A DNA stretch of 64,000 nt. Source: Octopus vulgaris (taxonomy: Eukaryota). The notes below the pieces were generated by a model. It saw only the letters and a list, made by a program, of their open reading frames with translations. It searched no databases and was not told where the DNA came from. The position numbers were made by a program, and so were the translations under genes. Where the stretch lies: assembly GCA_951406725.2 (NCBI GenBank), contig OX597828.1:56854001-56918000 (forward strand), read 5' to 3'. Shown in pieces: positions 30,335 to 44,739 of this stretch (the first letter of the stretch is position 1; every line of letters begins with the position of its first letter).

Positions 30335-31164
30335 ATGTCATGAATTTATCAGTCTACCTGTCATTTCTATTTTCAGCACGTGCAATTTTTGTTTTTGATT
30401 TTGTCGACTACGCAGTATAGTAGGAGCAGTTGGGCAACGTCTGTGAAAAACCACCAGCATAACGCAATTCACTCTGTCAGAAATTTGGAAATGATATGCT
30501 GTACTGCTTCACATTTGCACTGACGACTCTAATACGAACATTTCAGAGCATTTGGGCATCAATCTGAGAACAGTGCATGTACCGGGAGTGATAAAAATCA
30601 AACATCCAGTCAACATCATCGTGTTTGAAGTGATCACTAAGGATGGTAAAGTTATGCCTCCATTCAACGTGACACAGGGCCTCAGATTCAATCCGGAGGT
30701 CTGCATCAAGTGTCTTGAGGAGGTAGTGCTGCGTTGTGTATAGCAGCAAGAATGTGCACCATGCCACACAAGCAAGAAAACCCAATTGATGGATGTCAGA
30801 CAATTTCTGCGACCACACCATCCATAACATCTGGTCACCTAAATTCTCAGACTACAACCACATTGATAATTATGTGTGGAGCGCAGTTGAGCGAGAGACA
30901 ACAAAACTCCTTGTAAATCTAAAGATGAACTGAAGACGAGGATTATGGCAGCATTCACCAACTTAAACAAAGAGCCCGTTCAGAAGAGTTGCAGGAGATT
31001 CCAAAGTCGTCTGGAGGTCGAGGTTGAAGCCAATGGTGATTTCATTGAAAATTTTACGCTGTAGTATTCCAAAATATTCGGAGGTAATTTTGATAAGTAT
31101 ATCTGTTAAAATGAGATGTTAGTGTTAATTTCATTCTTGCATAACTTAGATGACAATATATTCA

Positions 31165-31167
<3 letters not shown>
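30335..31167 (+). mobile_element. Decayed Tc1/mariner (maT-like) element
   Basis: WSPKFSDYNHIDNYVWSAVERET resembles WPxxSPDxNPxDYxVW; right end GATGACAATATATTCACC is near-complementary to the left ends at 39440 and 59660. Confidence 0.75.
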
Positions 31168-31225
<58 letters not shown>

Positions 31226-31277
31226 ATATATCTATCTAATCTAACTTTGTTGTTAGTTTAGCGATAAAATGACTACA

Positions 31278-31278
<1 letters not shown>

Positions 31279-31338
<60 letters not shown>

Positions 31339-31483
31339 AAGAAGAAGAAGAAGAAGAAGAAGAAGAAGAAGAAGAAGAAGGAGAAGAAGAAGAAGAAGAA
31401 GAAGAAGAAGAAAAAGAAAAAGAAGAAGAAGAAGAAGAAGAAGAAGAAGAAGAAGAAGAAGAAGATGAAGAAGAAGAAGAAGA
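31279..31483. repeat. Compound (TAA)n-(GAA)n microsatellite
   Basis: Directly visible. Confidence 0.95.
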
Positions 31484-31489
31484 ATATAA

Positions 31490-31935
31490 GGCATGACAGA
31501 GTTGGTCAATATCTACATTAGAAAATATGTCGGATGACAAATGGTACAAGTGTCAACCTGAGGCTGTAACTGAGGGAGGAAATGTAATTATTGTTTTGGA
31601 TTGACCACTATGTACATAACACCAGACCATAAAGACTAACAAACCAGATATTGTTGTGAAAGATCAAAACAATAAAGTCTGTTTATTGATTGACATGGAC
31701 ACACCCTGTGACCATAATATCTCGTCAAAAGAATTTGATAAGCTCCAAAAATATAAAGACTTGCACATTGAAATAGACGGCTACAATACCAGTGATTGTA
31801 GGAGCATTTGGAATGATCAAAATAGGAACTGAAAATTATTTTAGAATGATCCCTGGCTTAACATCTATACAGGAAATGCAAAACATTGTCTTCACTGTTA
31901 CGTCATACGCATTGAGAAGTGCATTGTCACTGTGA
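31490..31935 (+). mobile_element. Degenerate R4/Dong-type LINE endonuclease fragment
   Basis: Translates to TIKTNKPDIVVKDQNNKVCLLIDM...KYKDLHIEI; preceded by (TAA)n(GAA)n. Confidence 0.75.
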
Positions 31936-32111
31936 ATTTTCTTTCCTTTTCCCCTTAGGAAACATGGGTGGTTCGTTCAACATCCTTTTGACAATCCTTA
32001 TTCAGGGACCTTTTGAGCGGGATGTGCTACTCGACCTGCAGAAAATTCTAACTGGGCCCCACCTGCAAGGTCATGCGCTGTTTATCTTGATATGAGATCA
32101 CCATGTCACTC

Positions 32112-32152
<41 letters not shown>

Positions 32153-32153
<1 letters not shown>

Positions 32154-33516
32154 CAATACTAAACACAGAGCTCAATGCTAAAAACAAGATAATAGGTATC
32201 AACACTTTAGCTGTCCCAGTTATAAGTTACAGCTACAATATCCTTAACTGGACACGAAATGAACTGACCAAAATAGATAGGAAAGCAAGAAAAATAATGA
32301 CAGGATCTAGGATGCATCACCCAAAATCTGACATAGAAAGACTATATATACAACGTATAGAAGGTGGTAGAGGCCTTATACAGCTGGAAAACTACTATAA
32401 AATAACCACCATAGGACTGCAAAAATATCTACTTCAGAAGGAAGGAAAACTGATCCAGATAGCGGCAAAACACGAGCAAAACAAAAAACTGTTCTCAGTA
32501 TTTAAGGAAGCTGACAAATACAAACAAGAAATCATACCACCTAATAAACATGAAGAAGAAGAAGAAGATGAAGAAACAACAAAAGCTATAAAACAAATGA
32601 AATCCAAACTAAAAATAGAACAGCAACGAACCATGATAAAACGATGGCAAGAAAAGCCCCTTCATGGTAAATACTGGACTAAACTAAACGCAAAAGAAAT
32701 AGACAAAGAAAAATCCCAGCAATGGTTGAGAAGCTCAGGACTCAAAGCAGAAACAGAGGGATTTTTAATTGCAGCACAAGACCAAAGCCTCCCCACCAGA
32801 AATTACCAAAAACATGTAATGAAAAGAAATATTACAAGTAACTGCAGAATATGTGGAGATGGACAAGAATCAATAAATCATATTATCTCTAGCTGCCCAG
32901 TCCTGGCTAAGAAGGAATATATTCACAGACATGACAGAGTTGGAACCTACATACATTGGAAGCTATGCCAACATTATGGAATAACAACAGAAAAAAGATG
33001 GTATAGGCACACACCAGAAAAGTTCACAGAAAACGAGAAAGCAACCATACTCTGGGATATGCCGATACACACAGATAGAGAAATTAAGGCCAACAGACCA
33101 GATATAGTTGTCAGAGACCATGAAGAAAAAAAATGCTTTCTAATTGATGTATCAATACCGGCTGATGACAACGTGTCTCTAAAAGAAATGGAGAAACTCT
33201 CAAAATACAAAGACCTGGAAATAGAGGTAACTAGAATGTGGAATCTAAAAACAGAAACAATTCCTATCATAGTAGGTGCATTAGGCATGATAAAAAAATA
33301 TTCAGACAAATACATAACAAAAACACCAGGACTTACAAACACATATAACATACAGAAAATTGCACTACTAGGCACTGCACACATCCTACGCAGAACACTT
33401 TCCATACAATAACCATCAGAGCATCACAACAAATCACAGCATATACCCAAGGCACACAGAGCTGCACTCGGTAGTGAAGTGAAAGCACGCTATAAAAATA
33501 AAAATAAAACTGCTGA
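32153..33516 (+). mobile_element. 5'-truncated R4/Dong-type non-LTR retrotransposon with CCHC finger and restriction-like endonuclease
   Basis: 371-aa ORF 32297-33412 has RLY...GGRGL, AAQDQ, CRICG-x-ESINHIISSC, RHD, RPDIVV, LIDVSIP and KYKDL; flanked by (TAA)n on both sides. Confidence 0.9.
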
Positions 33517-33799
33517 ATAATAATAATAATAAAAATAATAATAATATAATATGCTATTGAACGTATATTTACTGGGTAATCTCTAAAAACTTGGACCTGT
33601 CCCATGATAAAAACTGATGGGAAAATAAACCATATCCAGTGCATGAAATTGACCACCTCTCACTCTTCTCAAACTTCACCATTCAAGCTGGGATATAGAT
33701 GCGAATAGGCCAGACAATATGAAACACTTCCGACAAAAATCATGCCTCCTCATTGATATGAATGTCCCAACCGACATACATATATATATTCTCTAGAAC

Positions 33800-34420
33800 A
33801 ATACTTTGTGCGAAACCAGCGTGAAAGGAAACCTATGATGTGTTTAAATGTACACTGTATTTATATGAATAAATGCCTATACACCTACAAAGCCCCAGAA
33901 TGATAATTCTGATTGAAAAAAACACCTTACGAAATAGCAGACGCCAACCAAAAATCTTTAAAAACACCTCACAAGGGCAGAATTCAGATCAGAAAATGAA
34001 CCAGAATTCGTAGTAAAAGAATGTGGAGATAGGTGATGTGGAACTTGTAAGAATACGAACATCTTCAAGTACATAGAAAGAGGTTCACACATAAATTTCA
34101 AGAACGGATCGATTTTTAAAATAAATGCAGATATGAACGGGAAAACACAAAATCTCATATACTGTATTACCTGCCCAAATTGTAAAGAAAATTACACTGG
34201 CGAAACGGATAACTCCCTCTGTCAACGTGCTAGAATTCACAGGCAACATATCCGGCAAGAAGAACTACGAAAGATTCCATTGAGTAAGCATTTAGAAATA
34301 TGCTGAGACGGAAAGTTCAAAATCTTTCATTTTTACAAATCTGCAGGTGACGAACCGCAATACCGAAAGGCAACGGAACTACACTTCATAAAAAAATTCT
34401 CTCCAAAATTAAATGTTTTA
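33800..34420 (+). mobile_element. Degenerate Penelope-like GIY-YIG fragment
   Basis: Translation around 34150-34250 gives NLIYCITCPNCKENYTGETDNSLCQRARIHRQHI, homologous to the 9632-10144 ORF; in-frame stops nearby. Confidence 0.8.
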
Positions 34421-34909
34421 AAGAGAAAAAAGGAAAGCAAAGAGTACATTCTGTATGTATGTATATGTATATATGTATGGGTATGATATATATATATAAT
34501 TATTTCATTTTACAACTGTATTTTTATACAGAGCTACACCTTACCGAAAGTAAATAAATGTACGACAGGAATATATTCTAAATATAACTAAAAGAATATA
34601 AGAAAGGACTAAAACAGAAAGGACAGGAATGCATTTTTATTAATTTCCATTTCTTATTCTCTATTTTTTCTTTCTTTTTTCTTTTACTTTTCTTTCTTCT
34701 CTTACCATCACTAAAAACCATTTCAAAGCAACGGTGTCAATAGTAAACAAGATTATACTTTTATTTATTTGTTTATTTTTATATTACTTATTTACTTTTT
34801 TTGACAATCCTTAAAAAAAACATTTCAATACAATGAAAAGTGGTGGATAGGAAAATGAAAAACCCTTCTCTCTCTCTTTTAACGTACGCATCTTTCTACC
34901 GTCTGAGTA

Positions 34910-34945
<36 letters not shown>

Positions 34946-35210
34946 TCCATCTTCCATTGTCTTAAAAGTCTCACCCCCCAAAAAAACAAAACAAAAACAA
35001 TGTTCTCTTATAACCCCCCCCCCCAATCTGTTTTATATAAATAAGCAAGATATCTCTATATTCATAGAATTGTATTTCACATATACGAAGGAAGAACGAA
35101 AACGCTAATTATGAAAATGAAGATATAATAATATACAAAAAAACTTCTTTCGAAACTTCTGACGACTTTTTTTTCAATATTCAGTTATGTACATCACACC
35201 TAACACTCTA

Positions 35211-35312
<102 letters not shown>

Positions 35313-35436
35313 TAAATATTCGAAAATATCGGCCAGAATTTTGGAAAGAATTTTTAAAAATTGTATTATATCTTAATTTTCATAATTAGCGCTTTCGTTC
35401 GTCCTTATACATATACATATACATACATATACATAA

Positions 35437-35508
<72 letters not shown>

Positions 35509-36129
35509 AAAAGAATTTGAACGTTCCGGAATCTGAACAGTAATTGTTAATTTAAGCGAGTTCTCATATTTGAAAAGACTTCAATAGTAAAGTATGGTAC
35601 TTTATGTGTCCTCTGTTCTGACAAAAAGTAGTTTACATAAATATATTCAAATGAAGTGAGTACTTGGCAATGATGAGAAAAATGTGAGGTTATGTGTCAA
35701 AATATAGTATACATAAAAAAAACCAATTCAGATCAGGAAATAAAATATTTAGAATGATAAGATAATAATTAATTTACATAAGTACATCCAAAATCAAGTA
35801 ATAGATTTTGACAAGAAGATAAAATGTGCCTGGTTTGTCAATCAGTGTGTACTAATGTGTTGGTCTCACTCTGACCAGAAACGATAATCGTTTGCTCTAA
35901 ATTAAACTGACAAAAAGATGAGTACTATAGTTCTCGGATCTGGCTGTAGGATACACACACACGCATATACAATTGCAGACATATTCGCACACGCACATAT
36001 TCAAAGCTATACAATCATAAAAAAATGTGTTTATAAACATATACACAGAGGAAACTTGTTGTATATGTGTATATAGACGCACATATCCATATATCTACAT
36101 ACACTTACACACTCACACACATTTATATA

Positions 36130-36200
<71 letters not shown>

Positions 36201-36769
36201 ATACTGTTATATATATATATATATATATTGTTGTGTCAAGACCCTGACAACCCCCACATTACTGAAAAAGGACTGACGCTTTTCAATATATTAAAGAAAC
36301 TGTGTGCACTGTGAGTAGTTGACAATGAGTTGACAAGTGTATATTTGGCAGGGTTGACCGTCCCTATTGTTTACTGTGCTAGTTTAACATCGTGAATACC
36401 CTTAGAGTAGTACGGGGTATGTTCTGTGTGGACATATTAATTCTTCGAAAGGGAATTCTAGATAGCTATATCTAAATATTTATTTTGGTAATAATATTCT
36501 TACACCCGACTGGTCAACTCAAGCTATAACACACACTCACGCATACGCATGTATGTATGTATGTATGTATGTATGTATGTATGTATGTATGTATGTATAT
36601 GTCTCTCTTGTTTTTTATTATAATAAATCTTCAACTCAGGTGGGAACCAGTTTCCATCAAAGTTACAAGGCTTCATCTTCGGGAATGTAGTTAACACAAA
36701 TTCGCAATTGAAATTTGAGAAAAGTCTTCCATGTTTCAACTATTCCAGTCACGGATCATACTTATAATG

Positions 36770-37910
36770 TACGAAGCTACTGGTGTGATTTCTCTTTCTG
36801 AAAATTCCAGTGTATCCAGATTCTCCTTTAAGACAGAGTGATCCAATGATTATTAGTATTAATATGAATTCCTAGTCTCAATATACGTTTCGTAGCAGTT
36901 GGCCACAGATATCCTCTTTTCCTTTGATTTTCAAACAGTTATTTATCTCTGCAGTGCAGCTAACCTCTATGATGATACTTACCTTTGACCCTCCGTCGCA
37001 AACCTCAATATCCGGCCTTTTATGAGTACATATAACAGAAGTTTCGATGGGAATATTCCACCAGTATTCCTTGAGCTGGTGTTTGTGAATGTATCGTGCC
37101 GCATAGGGAGGTAGAAACATAAAGACATTTTAGAAGAACTACTAATTACATGCGTCAGGTTTTACACGAAAACACGCCATAGCCTACACATGCCGCTGTA
37201 CCTCGGAGTTTACAAGAGCTCCACTGTCTCTCTTGTTCATCAAATACTTTGTAGCAATCTCAAATTGTGATGTGATGTGTTCTTGTGTCCAAGAGAGGCT
37301 GCGCTTCGTGTCAATTCTTCTGTCTTCATTAATCTTCCGGAAAGCATACCAATGCATGGTCTTTTTGTGTGTGTGTGCACTGTGTGCTTTCTATCCAGGT
37401 CTGTCTGAGGTCTAGAGAACCCAGCTGTTTTGGGGCTGTATAGGGGACCATCAGGAAGAGAGTGTTGCTTGAGGAGTTCACTGCCAGCTCGTACAATGTT
37501 GATCACTTCACTTTCAGCGCTGCATTTACATATTTGTTTTTGCTGCTGTTGTTTAGCTGGTGCTGTCTGAGTGATACCATACTGGATTCGAAGGCCGTCT
37601 GCACTGATCTCATGCCTCTATCGCCAACATTTCATCTTATGTAGACCCTGTCAACATCACTGTTTCTGCGGAAGTTTCCAGTTCATGTCAGGATTTCGCA
37701 GGTTTTGATACCTATGCAGTGAATTTCATCTACAGACCAACCAAGCATCCCAAATGTAGGGATCAGCACTGATACTGCACATGCATTGTGGGATATTGTT
37801 TTTATGGAGGAGAGTTCCGATTGGCACTTTTTCCGACGTTTGGTATAATATTCTCGGTTCATTCTATCTTTATTTACAGTGACATCATATGATATATTTT
37901 GGTGTATCCC
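36770..37910 (-). mobile_element. Heavily decayed non-LTR retrotransposon with restriction-like endonuclease
   Basis: EYWWNIPI...KRPDI...IIIEVSC (36878-37120); 37555-37910 is similar to 41930-42170. Confidence 0.7.
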
Positions 37911-37911
37911 A

Positions 37912-38122
37912 TAAAAATGAAGACATAAAAATTAAGGCTCATATATGTAAGCATGACGCATCATGAATGTTTTCGAATATCGTTACCTCCAGACCGGTGT
38001 AGCAGTATAGATTTTATTCAAATTTATGAAACAATGTTGATGATTTCCGGATATGCGCAGCAGTGTTGTACGAAGTGTCAACTTCTGTACATAAACTCCT
38101 TTAAATAGAGTATAATATTTCT
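37912..38122 (-). repeat. Diverged paralogous copy of the CR-gene upstream block
   Basis: CCAGACCGGTGTAGCAGTATAGATT...CAATGTTGATGAT...CCTTTAAATAGAGTATA matches 58256-58383 with scattered substitutions. Confidence 0.85.
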
Positions 38123-38160
38123 TTCGAATCTCCCCCGCTACCTTTTTTATTTTTTCCTAA

Positions 38161-38650
<490 letters not shown>

Positions 38651-39327
38651 TCTTTTCCTCTGTCTCCCTCTGTCTCTCAATGCCTCTCTCTCACTATGGC
38701 TGTCTGTTTCTGTCTTTCTCTCTCTTTTCCTGTCCTTCTCTCTCTCTCTCATTCTTTCTGTTACTGTCTTTCATTTTCGCTTTTCTTCATGTTTCTATTT
38801 TCGCCTCTCAAATTATGTCTGTTTATGCTTATGTTTCATGCATCCACATGTCAAGTGTTTTAATAATCGAATACACAAATTAACGTTATTGTAAGCTAAA
38901 ATCGTGTTATGCAATATACATTTCCGCTCATCTATTAGTATTCATTATCCATCAAACGCATATCATTTTGTTAGCAATAATTTCTGTTACCTATTTAATA
39001 CGTATTCTACTATTTTTCTTTTATGTAGTATCTCCTTTCAGACAGTTAAGTGTTAGTTTTCCCAAAAGGTTAAACGTGATCGAACACGCCGAAATTATCA
39101 ACTCTTGTTTGGTTAAACACAAAAACAATAATGACTCTTCTTGCTAACCGTTGACTATTGATCTGTTCATATTGAACGATATTTGTTATCAGGAGTTTAT
39201 TTTCAACATCTTACGCTTTTTCAATCGCTCACACTGATAGAAATTTTCGCCTATTGTAATAGTACAATGCTCGAAGTTTCAAATTCAATATCAAGCTGAC
39301 TGATGCATTGAGTTCATTTGATAAACA

Positions 39328-39369
<42 letters not shown>

Positions 39370-39376
39370 ATGTATG

Positions 39377-39434
<58 letters not shown>

Positions 39435-39551
39435 CAGGCTACGACGAGTAAATTGTCACCATATCATATTTTAATGTCGTGCTTGCGCATTGTTTTTTAA
39501 ATATTTTATCAACTGCTCAGTATAGTTGGTTCGGTTGGGCACCGTCTATTA

Positions 39552-39590
<39 letters not shown>

Positions 39591-40259
39591 GGGAGAGAGA
39601 TAATAGATAGAGACAGAGAGAGAGAGAGAGATGTTTGTATGTCTGTGCTTTTAGCCCAACCATCACTTGACAAAAGAGACCGATAGAGTATGTACTAGGC
39701 TTGCTAACAGTGAAACCTCGGATCGATTTATTCGACTAGGGGCGGTGCTCCAACATGGCCGCTGTGAAATTACTGAAACAAATAAAAGAATAAAGGCATA
39801 TAACTTTTCTAGTCAGATTTTAGGTGGTGAATCCTATAGCCTGTCCCTATTTTCCTTATTTTCCTCTCTATTCTGATTAGTTCATTTAGAGTCCAGTTTA
39901 GAATATTATAACTGAAATATATAACTGCTGATAACTATTGTCTTGTTTTTCGCATTGATCTCTGTATTCAGCATTAATCTATCTCGTCTATAGCATTCCT
40001 TTATCATCGTCTCTTTTATTTATATATTGTATCGTAACTAGTTCTTGGATTCCTAAGTATTTTCAATGTGTGACTTTGGTCTGATTCTCTTATTTAGTAT
40101 GCTTTTTCTAGTCTTAAATACATTTTCTATTTTCAAGTCTGCTTTTTTACCAAGCCAAATTTTATGTTTAATTCTTTGGTAAACCCATGTTTTGTCTGTA
40201 GTATTTCCAACTGTATGACATAGAAGATGCACTGAGAAATGGGACTGCAAATTACGTGC

Positions 40260-41900
40260 TAGCGGCAAGAATGACACTCGACCTTTTCTGCGACGTAAAA
40301 CGTCAAGGCAGTTTAGTCCGAAACACGAATGTTCAAAAGCCGTTGGTTGGGCCAGGATAGTGAGGCACAGAACGGAAACAAATTCGCTCTGTGATGGCCC
40401 GCAGTGTCCATGTTCACTCTGATTCCAAACAGATGAGAGCAGTGTTTCGACAGCACTTTGCCTACCTCTCTTCGAGGAGTGGCATTCTTAACACAGCTGG
40501 CTTACAGGCTTACTTCAAAGGTATGCCGCGTCTTTCAGACAAGGATATTGAGTTCTGGGAGAAACCGATTTCAGTGGATGATCTGGAAGACATATTGGAC
40601 CGCTGCAAGGGGCGCACCCACCAGGGTGCATGGCATGTTTTCTGCCATAAACTATATGCCCACTTATCGGACTTGTCTGCGCCTTTAGCAGCTGCATACT
40701 GCTCTTGGCAACAGACAGGAAGCATTCCCAGTCGTATCAAGCGGGGAGTACTGACGTTGCTGAGAAAGGAACCCAACTAGGAAGATATGATTGAAAATTT
40801 GAAGACCTTAAAAGTACACAACACCGAGTTAAAGATTTTAGCTAAGGTGCTTCTCAAGAATCTGTCGCTTGTTATCAATAGTATGGTCGGACATGCACGA
40901 ACTTGCGCAATCTCCGATGCATTTATCACGAAAATATCCACTACATGCAACTCATCGTAGAACAGATGGATACTGGTCAATTTGGACTAGTCCAAAGCTT
41001 TCGTGAGGGTGAACCATCGCAATCTTGTGCCTGTCTTGGAAGCCATAGCTTTAAGACGCTTTAGCATACAGTCACATCTGCTCGGTTGCCAAATTGAATG
41101 ACCACCTCTCGAAAACTTTCAATATCGTACGCCAAAGATTTTCCCTCTTTCCACGTTAATGTATTTTAAGCTTAGAACCCTTGCTGCCAAGGATGTAGAA
41201 TTTGAGGTGTGTCTCGATAGAAATAGGTCACAGGAGCGCTGTGTCTACATACACGTATACCATCACTGTGTTGGTGTCAGACTTTTTCGGATATAGAAAC
41301 GATCGATTCTATACTGAAAGAATATCAGGAATGAACAGGAACATTCATAAGACGAGTCAGTTGGTCTGGAACTAGGCTCTTAGAGAGGCAAGTCGATTAG
41401 CAACCATTTCTAAAGCAGGACGGAGGGTCCGGTATAAGTGCTTGGAGTGAGGTTCGGAAAAGATCTCTGGGTAGATAAGAACTGGGAAGAGGTCATAATG
41501 AGGGTGGCGAAGCTCTCCCTAAAAAAGGGCGGAAGTAGCGAATATATATATTGCATCGGTAGTGTACTACCGCTTTGCCGTCTTCCCTTGTCCTCACAAA
41601 ACCAGATCGCAGCATTTATTTTTGCTATTCCTATGGAAGTGTCAATCTCCACTGGATAGAAAAAACTTGGGCTTACGACACTCACACTGTGGTGGTATTG
41701 GGATGCCATCTTTAATGATACATCACACTACACTGCGGTTGTCACCACCACAGAAATATTTGAATGACCGCGATGATGTGGACGACGACCAAACTCACGA
41801 AAATAATGAACTGGTGTGAACGTCTTTGCTGCGACAAGTATTTCCACAACTCATTTCGTTTTCAGAGCCGCGGTTATGGTTCAAACGTAACACAAGTTTC
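40260..41900 (+). mobile_element. Decayed L1/Tx1-type LINE ORF2 fragment
   Basis: YFKGMPRLS...EKPISVDDL...RGVLTLLRK, then NTELKILAKVL, D-x-SKAF and LGVRFG; many stops and frameshifts. Confidence 0.75.
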
Positions 41901-41924
41901 GGGTTTTAGCATTTAAAATGTCCA

Positions 41925-42530
41925 AACTGGTGCTGTCTGAGTGATACCATAATGCATTCGAAGCCCGTCTTCACTGATCCCATGCCTCTACCACCTTCAT
42001 TCTTCATAGGTACAGCTGTCAACATCACTGTTTCTGTGGAACTTCCCAGTTCTTATCAGGATTTTGCAGGTACTTATGATATTCTCGTGGTACTTATGAT
42101 GTTCTTGTGGTACTTCTCGGGTCATTCTATCTTTATTCACAGTGACATCATATGGTCTACCCCTAGGTATTTGATATTCTTTGAGTGGAATGGGTGAGAT
42201 AGAGAGATCGTTGATGCACAGGTTTTTCGTTTGGGGGACTGGCCTACTTCGTTCTATAACCAATATGAACATATCTTCTGATCAAATTCTATGCCTCTAT
42301 CAGCTGAAAATTCGAGTTTCATTTTGACATCGTTATCACTTTTACCACAAATCTTCAGGTCGTGTACAAACAAATTATTAGTCACATTGATATTTGTAGC
42401 AGTTAAAGATCCTAGCATATAGACATATGATTTCTGTAGTAGGAACGATAATGGATTCAGTGCCAAAATGAAAAGAATACCGAAAGATTATATCCCTGGA
42501 ATATTACCAATACTATTAGAAACAATTATT
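41925..42530 (-). mobile_element. Decayed non-LTR RT fragment of the same family as 36770-37910
   Basis: Shared CTGGTGCTGTCTGAGTGATACCATA...GTCAACATCACTGTTTCTG block; NNLFVHDLKI resembles the (HL)LFxDDLK RT motif. Confidence 0.65.
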
Positions 42531-42554
42531 ATATTCTCTGTTGTAAGGGTAAGA

Positions 42555-42585
<31 letters not shown>

Positions 42586-43139
42586 TGTATGTATGTATGT
42601 ATGTATGTATGTATGTATGTATGTACGTATTTTAAGGTGCTTATATGAACGCGTATGAGTGTTTAAATGCTTCGACATCTCCTACATGTATAATTACATA
42701 TACGTGTACCTATGTCTAATATTATTGTTTTTCTTCCTTTCTATATACTGAATGTTCTACGTTAATTCATTTTATTTTTCTGTTTACTATTTATCACCCC
42801 TATTTCCTCGTTTGTCTTCGAGGTTACCTAATAGAGCTACCCAATCTATGTTATCAGATAACTAACGCCATCGCCTGAAACATCTAACTTTCTATGACTG
42901 CCATGTGAGTTGTCTGTCCTTCTTTCTCTATCCGATAGAGGCGTGATCAAATATATTATTACATATATTTAACAACAAAATAGCATTCCCCATCTTACTC
43001 TCTCACCCGGCACAGATATGAGTAAGTCAATATATATCCAATTGTCTTTCTGTGAAGACCATATTTGTAAAATTTTATTTTAATTCCCCTTTTTTACATG
43101 GTGTACTTCATTTGTTTATCAGTAAATAAAACACACCTC

Positions 43140-43370
43140 TGAAACAGCTACACTCGTGAGTTTCACGCTAAGAACAACATGGTATCTCTTCCGCACCTAC
43201 CCTTTTCACCAGATTTAGCACCTTTTCTGCAGCATGAAAATCCTGCTCAACGATCGCCATTTTTACACCGTTGTCGAGATCTGTGTGAATCGCAGAAGGT
43301 CATCGACTTGCTTACAAAAATGAATTTCCAGACCAGATTCCAAAAGTGGCAGGAAAGCTGAGACTGGTGT
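43140..43370 (+). mobile_element. Mariner transposase fragment; related inverted fragment at about 51270-51480
   Basis: LPHLPFSPDLAP motif; CGTGAGTTTCACGCTAAGAACA-CATGGTATC shared with the reverse complement of 51447-51478. Confidence 0.7.
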
Positions 43371-43739
43371 AATATGTTAAGAAATTTGGAGGTGTTGCGA
43401 AATATTGCAACTATATCATTTCAGCCCATTTATGCAATCATTTCTAAAACATCACACTGGGAACCCTTCCTGAGTAGAATCAAGATCCTACAGTAGAGAG
43501 TGAACTGCATGCCGAAGTATAAATTAGTGTCATTTTAAGTACACGTTGAGTGTTTTAGGTCTATATTTATGGTTGCGTGAATAACTAGATAGACAAATCC
43601 ACATGTACTCTAGTAAGAATTATGTGTGTCCGTATAACAAGCTTATATATGTGTTTGATGTTCTTGATACTATTTTGGTCACCTTATTAAAATACGCCGA
43701 CTCTATTAGATCCTGCAAATAATCTATGTATATATTTAT

Positions 43740-43988
43740 ATCACCGTGATCGACCAGGCTATCAGATGTTGCTAAACACCGCTGGTCACAATGCGCTTCG
43801 CATTGTTTTAGCCTTCAAATGACGAGCAGGCCAGCAGAAGAAAGAGTAAGAGAAATTTGTGCCGGAGCCTCGTGGAACTTTAGGAGTTTTCGCTCAGTAA
43901 ACACTCACAAAACCCAGTCTGGGAATTGAAACCGCGATCCTACGACCGCGAGTCCGCTGCCCTAACCACTGGGCCATTGCGCCTCCAC
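43740..43988 (-). mobile_element. tRNA-derived SINE (different family)
   Basis: Minus strand GGAGGCGCAATGGCCCAGTGGTTAGGGCAGCGGACTCGCGG...GGTTTCAATTCCC has Pol III A/B-box-like motifs followed by a non-tRNA body. Confidence 0.75.
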
Positions 43989-44065
43989 GTATATATTTAT
44001 ATATTTAAATATATATATATATATATATATATAAATATATATATGTATATATACATATATGTATG

Positions 44066-44121
<56 letters not shown>

Positions 44122-44685
44122 GGGTGGGGAGATAGGAGAGAGAGGAGAGGAGTTAAAAACCCTTTGCTTCCTTGCGTATTGAATAATCGGTGTTGAAATA
44201 AGACATCAACAAATTTGACTTGATAAGAGACGACTGTAAAATCGGGCGAGATGAATAAGGTTTACTTAAAAATTACGATGTTTCATACTGAACTCATTAC
44301 ATATTTAACACACAAATTAAACAGATCAATTAATTTAATTTAAATTTCTTATATATTACAATGTTCAGCAGTTTACTCCCATATTTATGAAACAAATATG
44401 TATAACTTTAAAATATGCATACCTTATAATTACCGCAGTAATTCCTAATTCAAGGTTACCCTTTTATTCTTTTATACTTTTACACGTTTCACTTATTTGA
44501 CTGTGGTCATGCTAGAGCACCGACTTTAGTCGCGCAAATCGAACCCAGGACTTATTCTTTGTAAACGCAGTACGTATTCTATCGGTCTCTTTTGCCGAAC
44601 CGCTAAGTTACGGGGACGTAAGCACACCAGCATCGGTTGTCAAGCGATGTTACGGGGGTGGGCAAACACAGACACACAAACATAC

Positions 44686-44727
<42 letters not shown>

Positions 44728-44739
44728 ATATATATATAT

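Noticed and set aside
36620-36739. Cys-loop-like CEFVLTTFPKMKPC as a remnant of the lost CR paralogue
   Set aside because: C-x12-C rather than C-x13-C, no PFD, and no other pLGIC motif nearby; probably chance.
43912-43988. tRNA gene
   Set aside because: tRNA-like head lacks a proper acceptor stem and runs into a SINE body.
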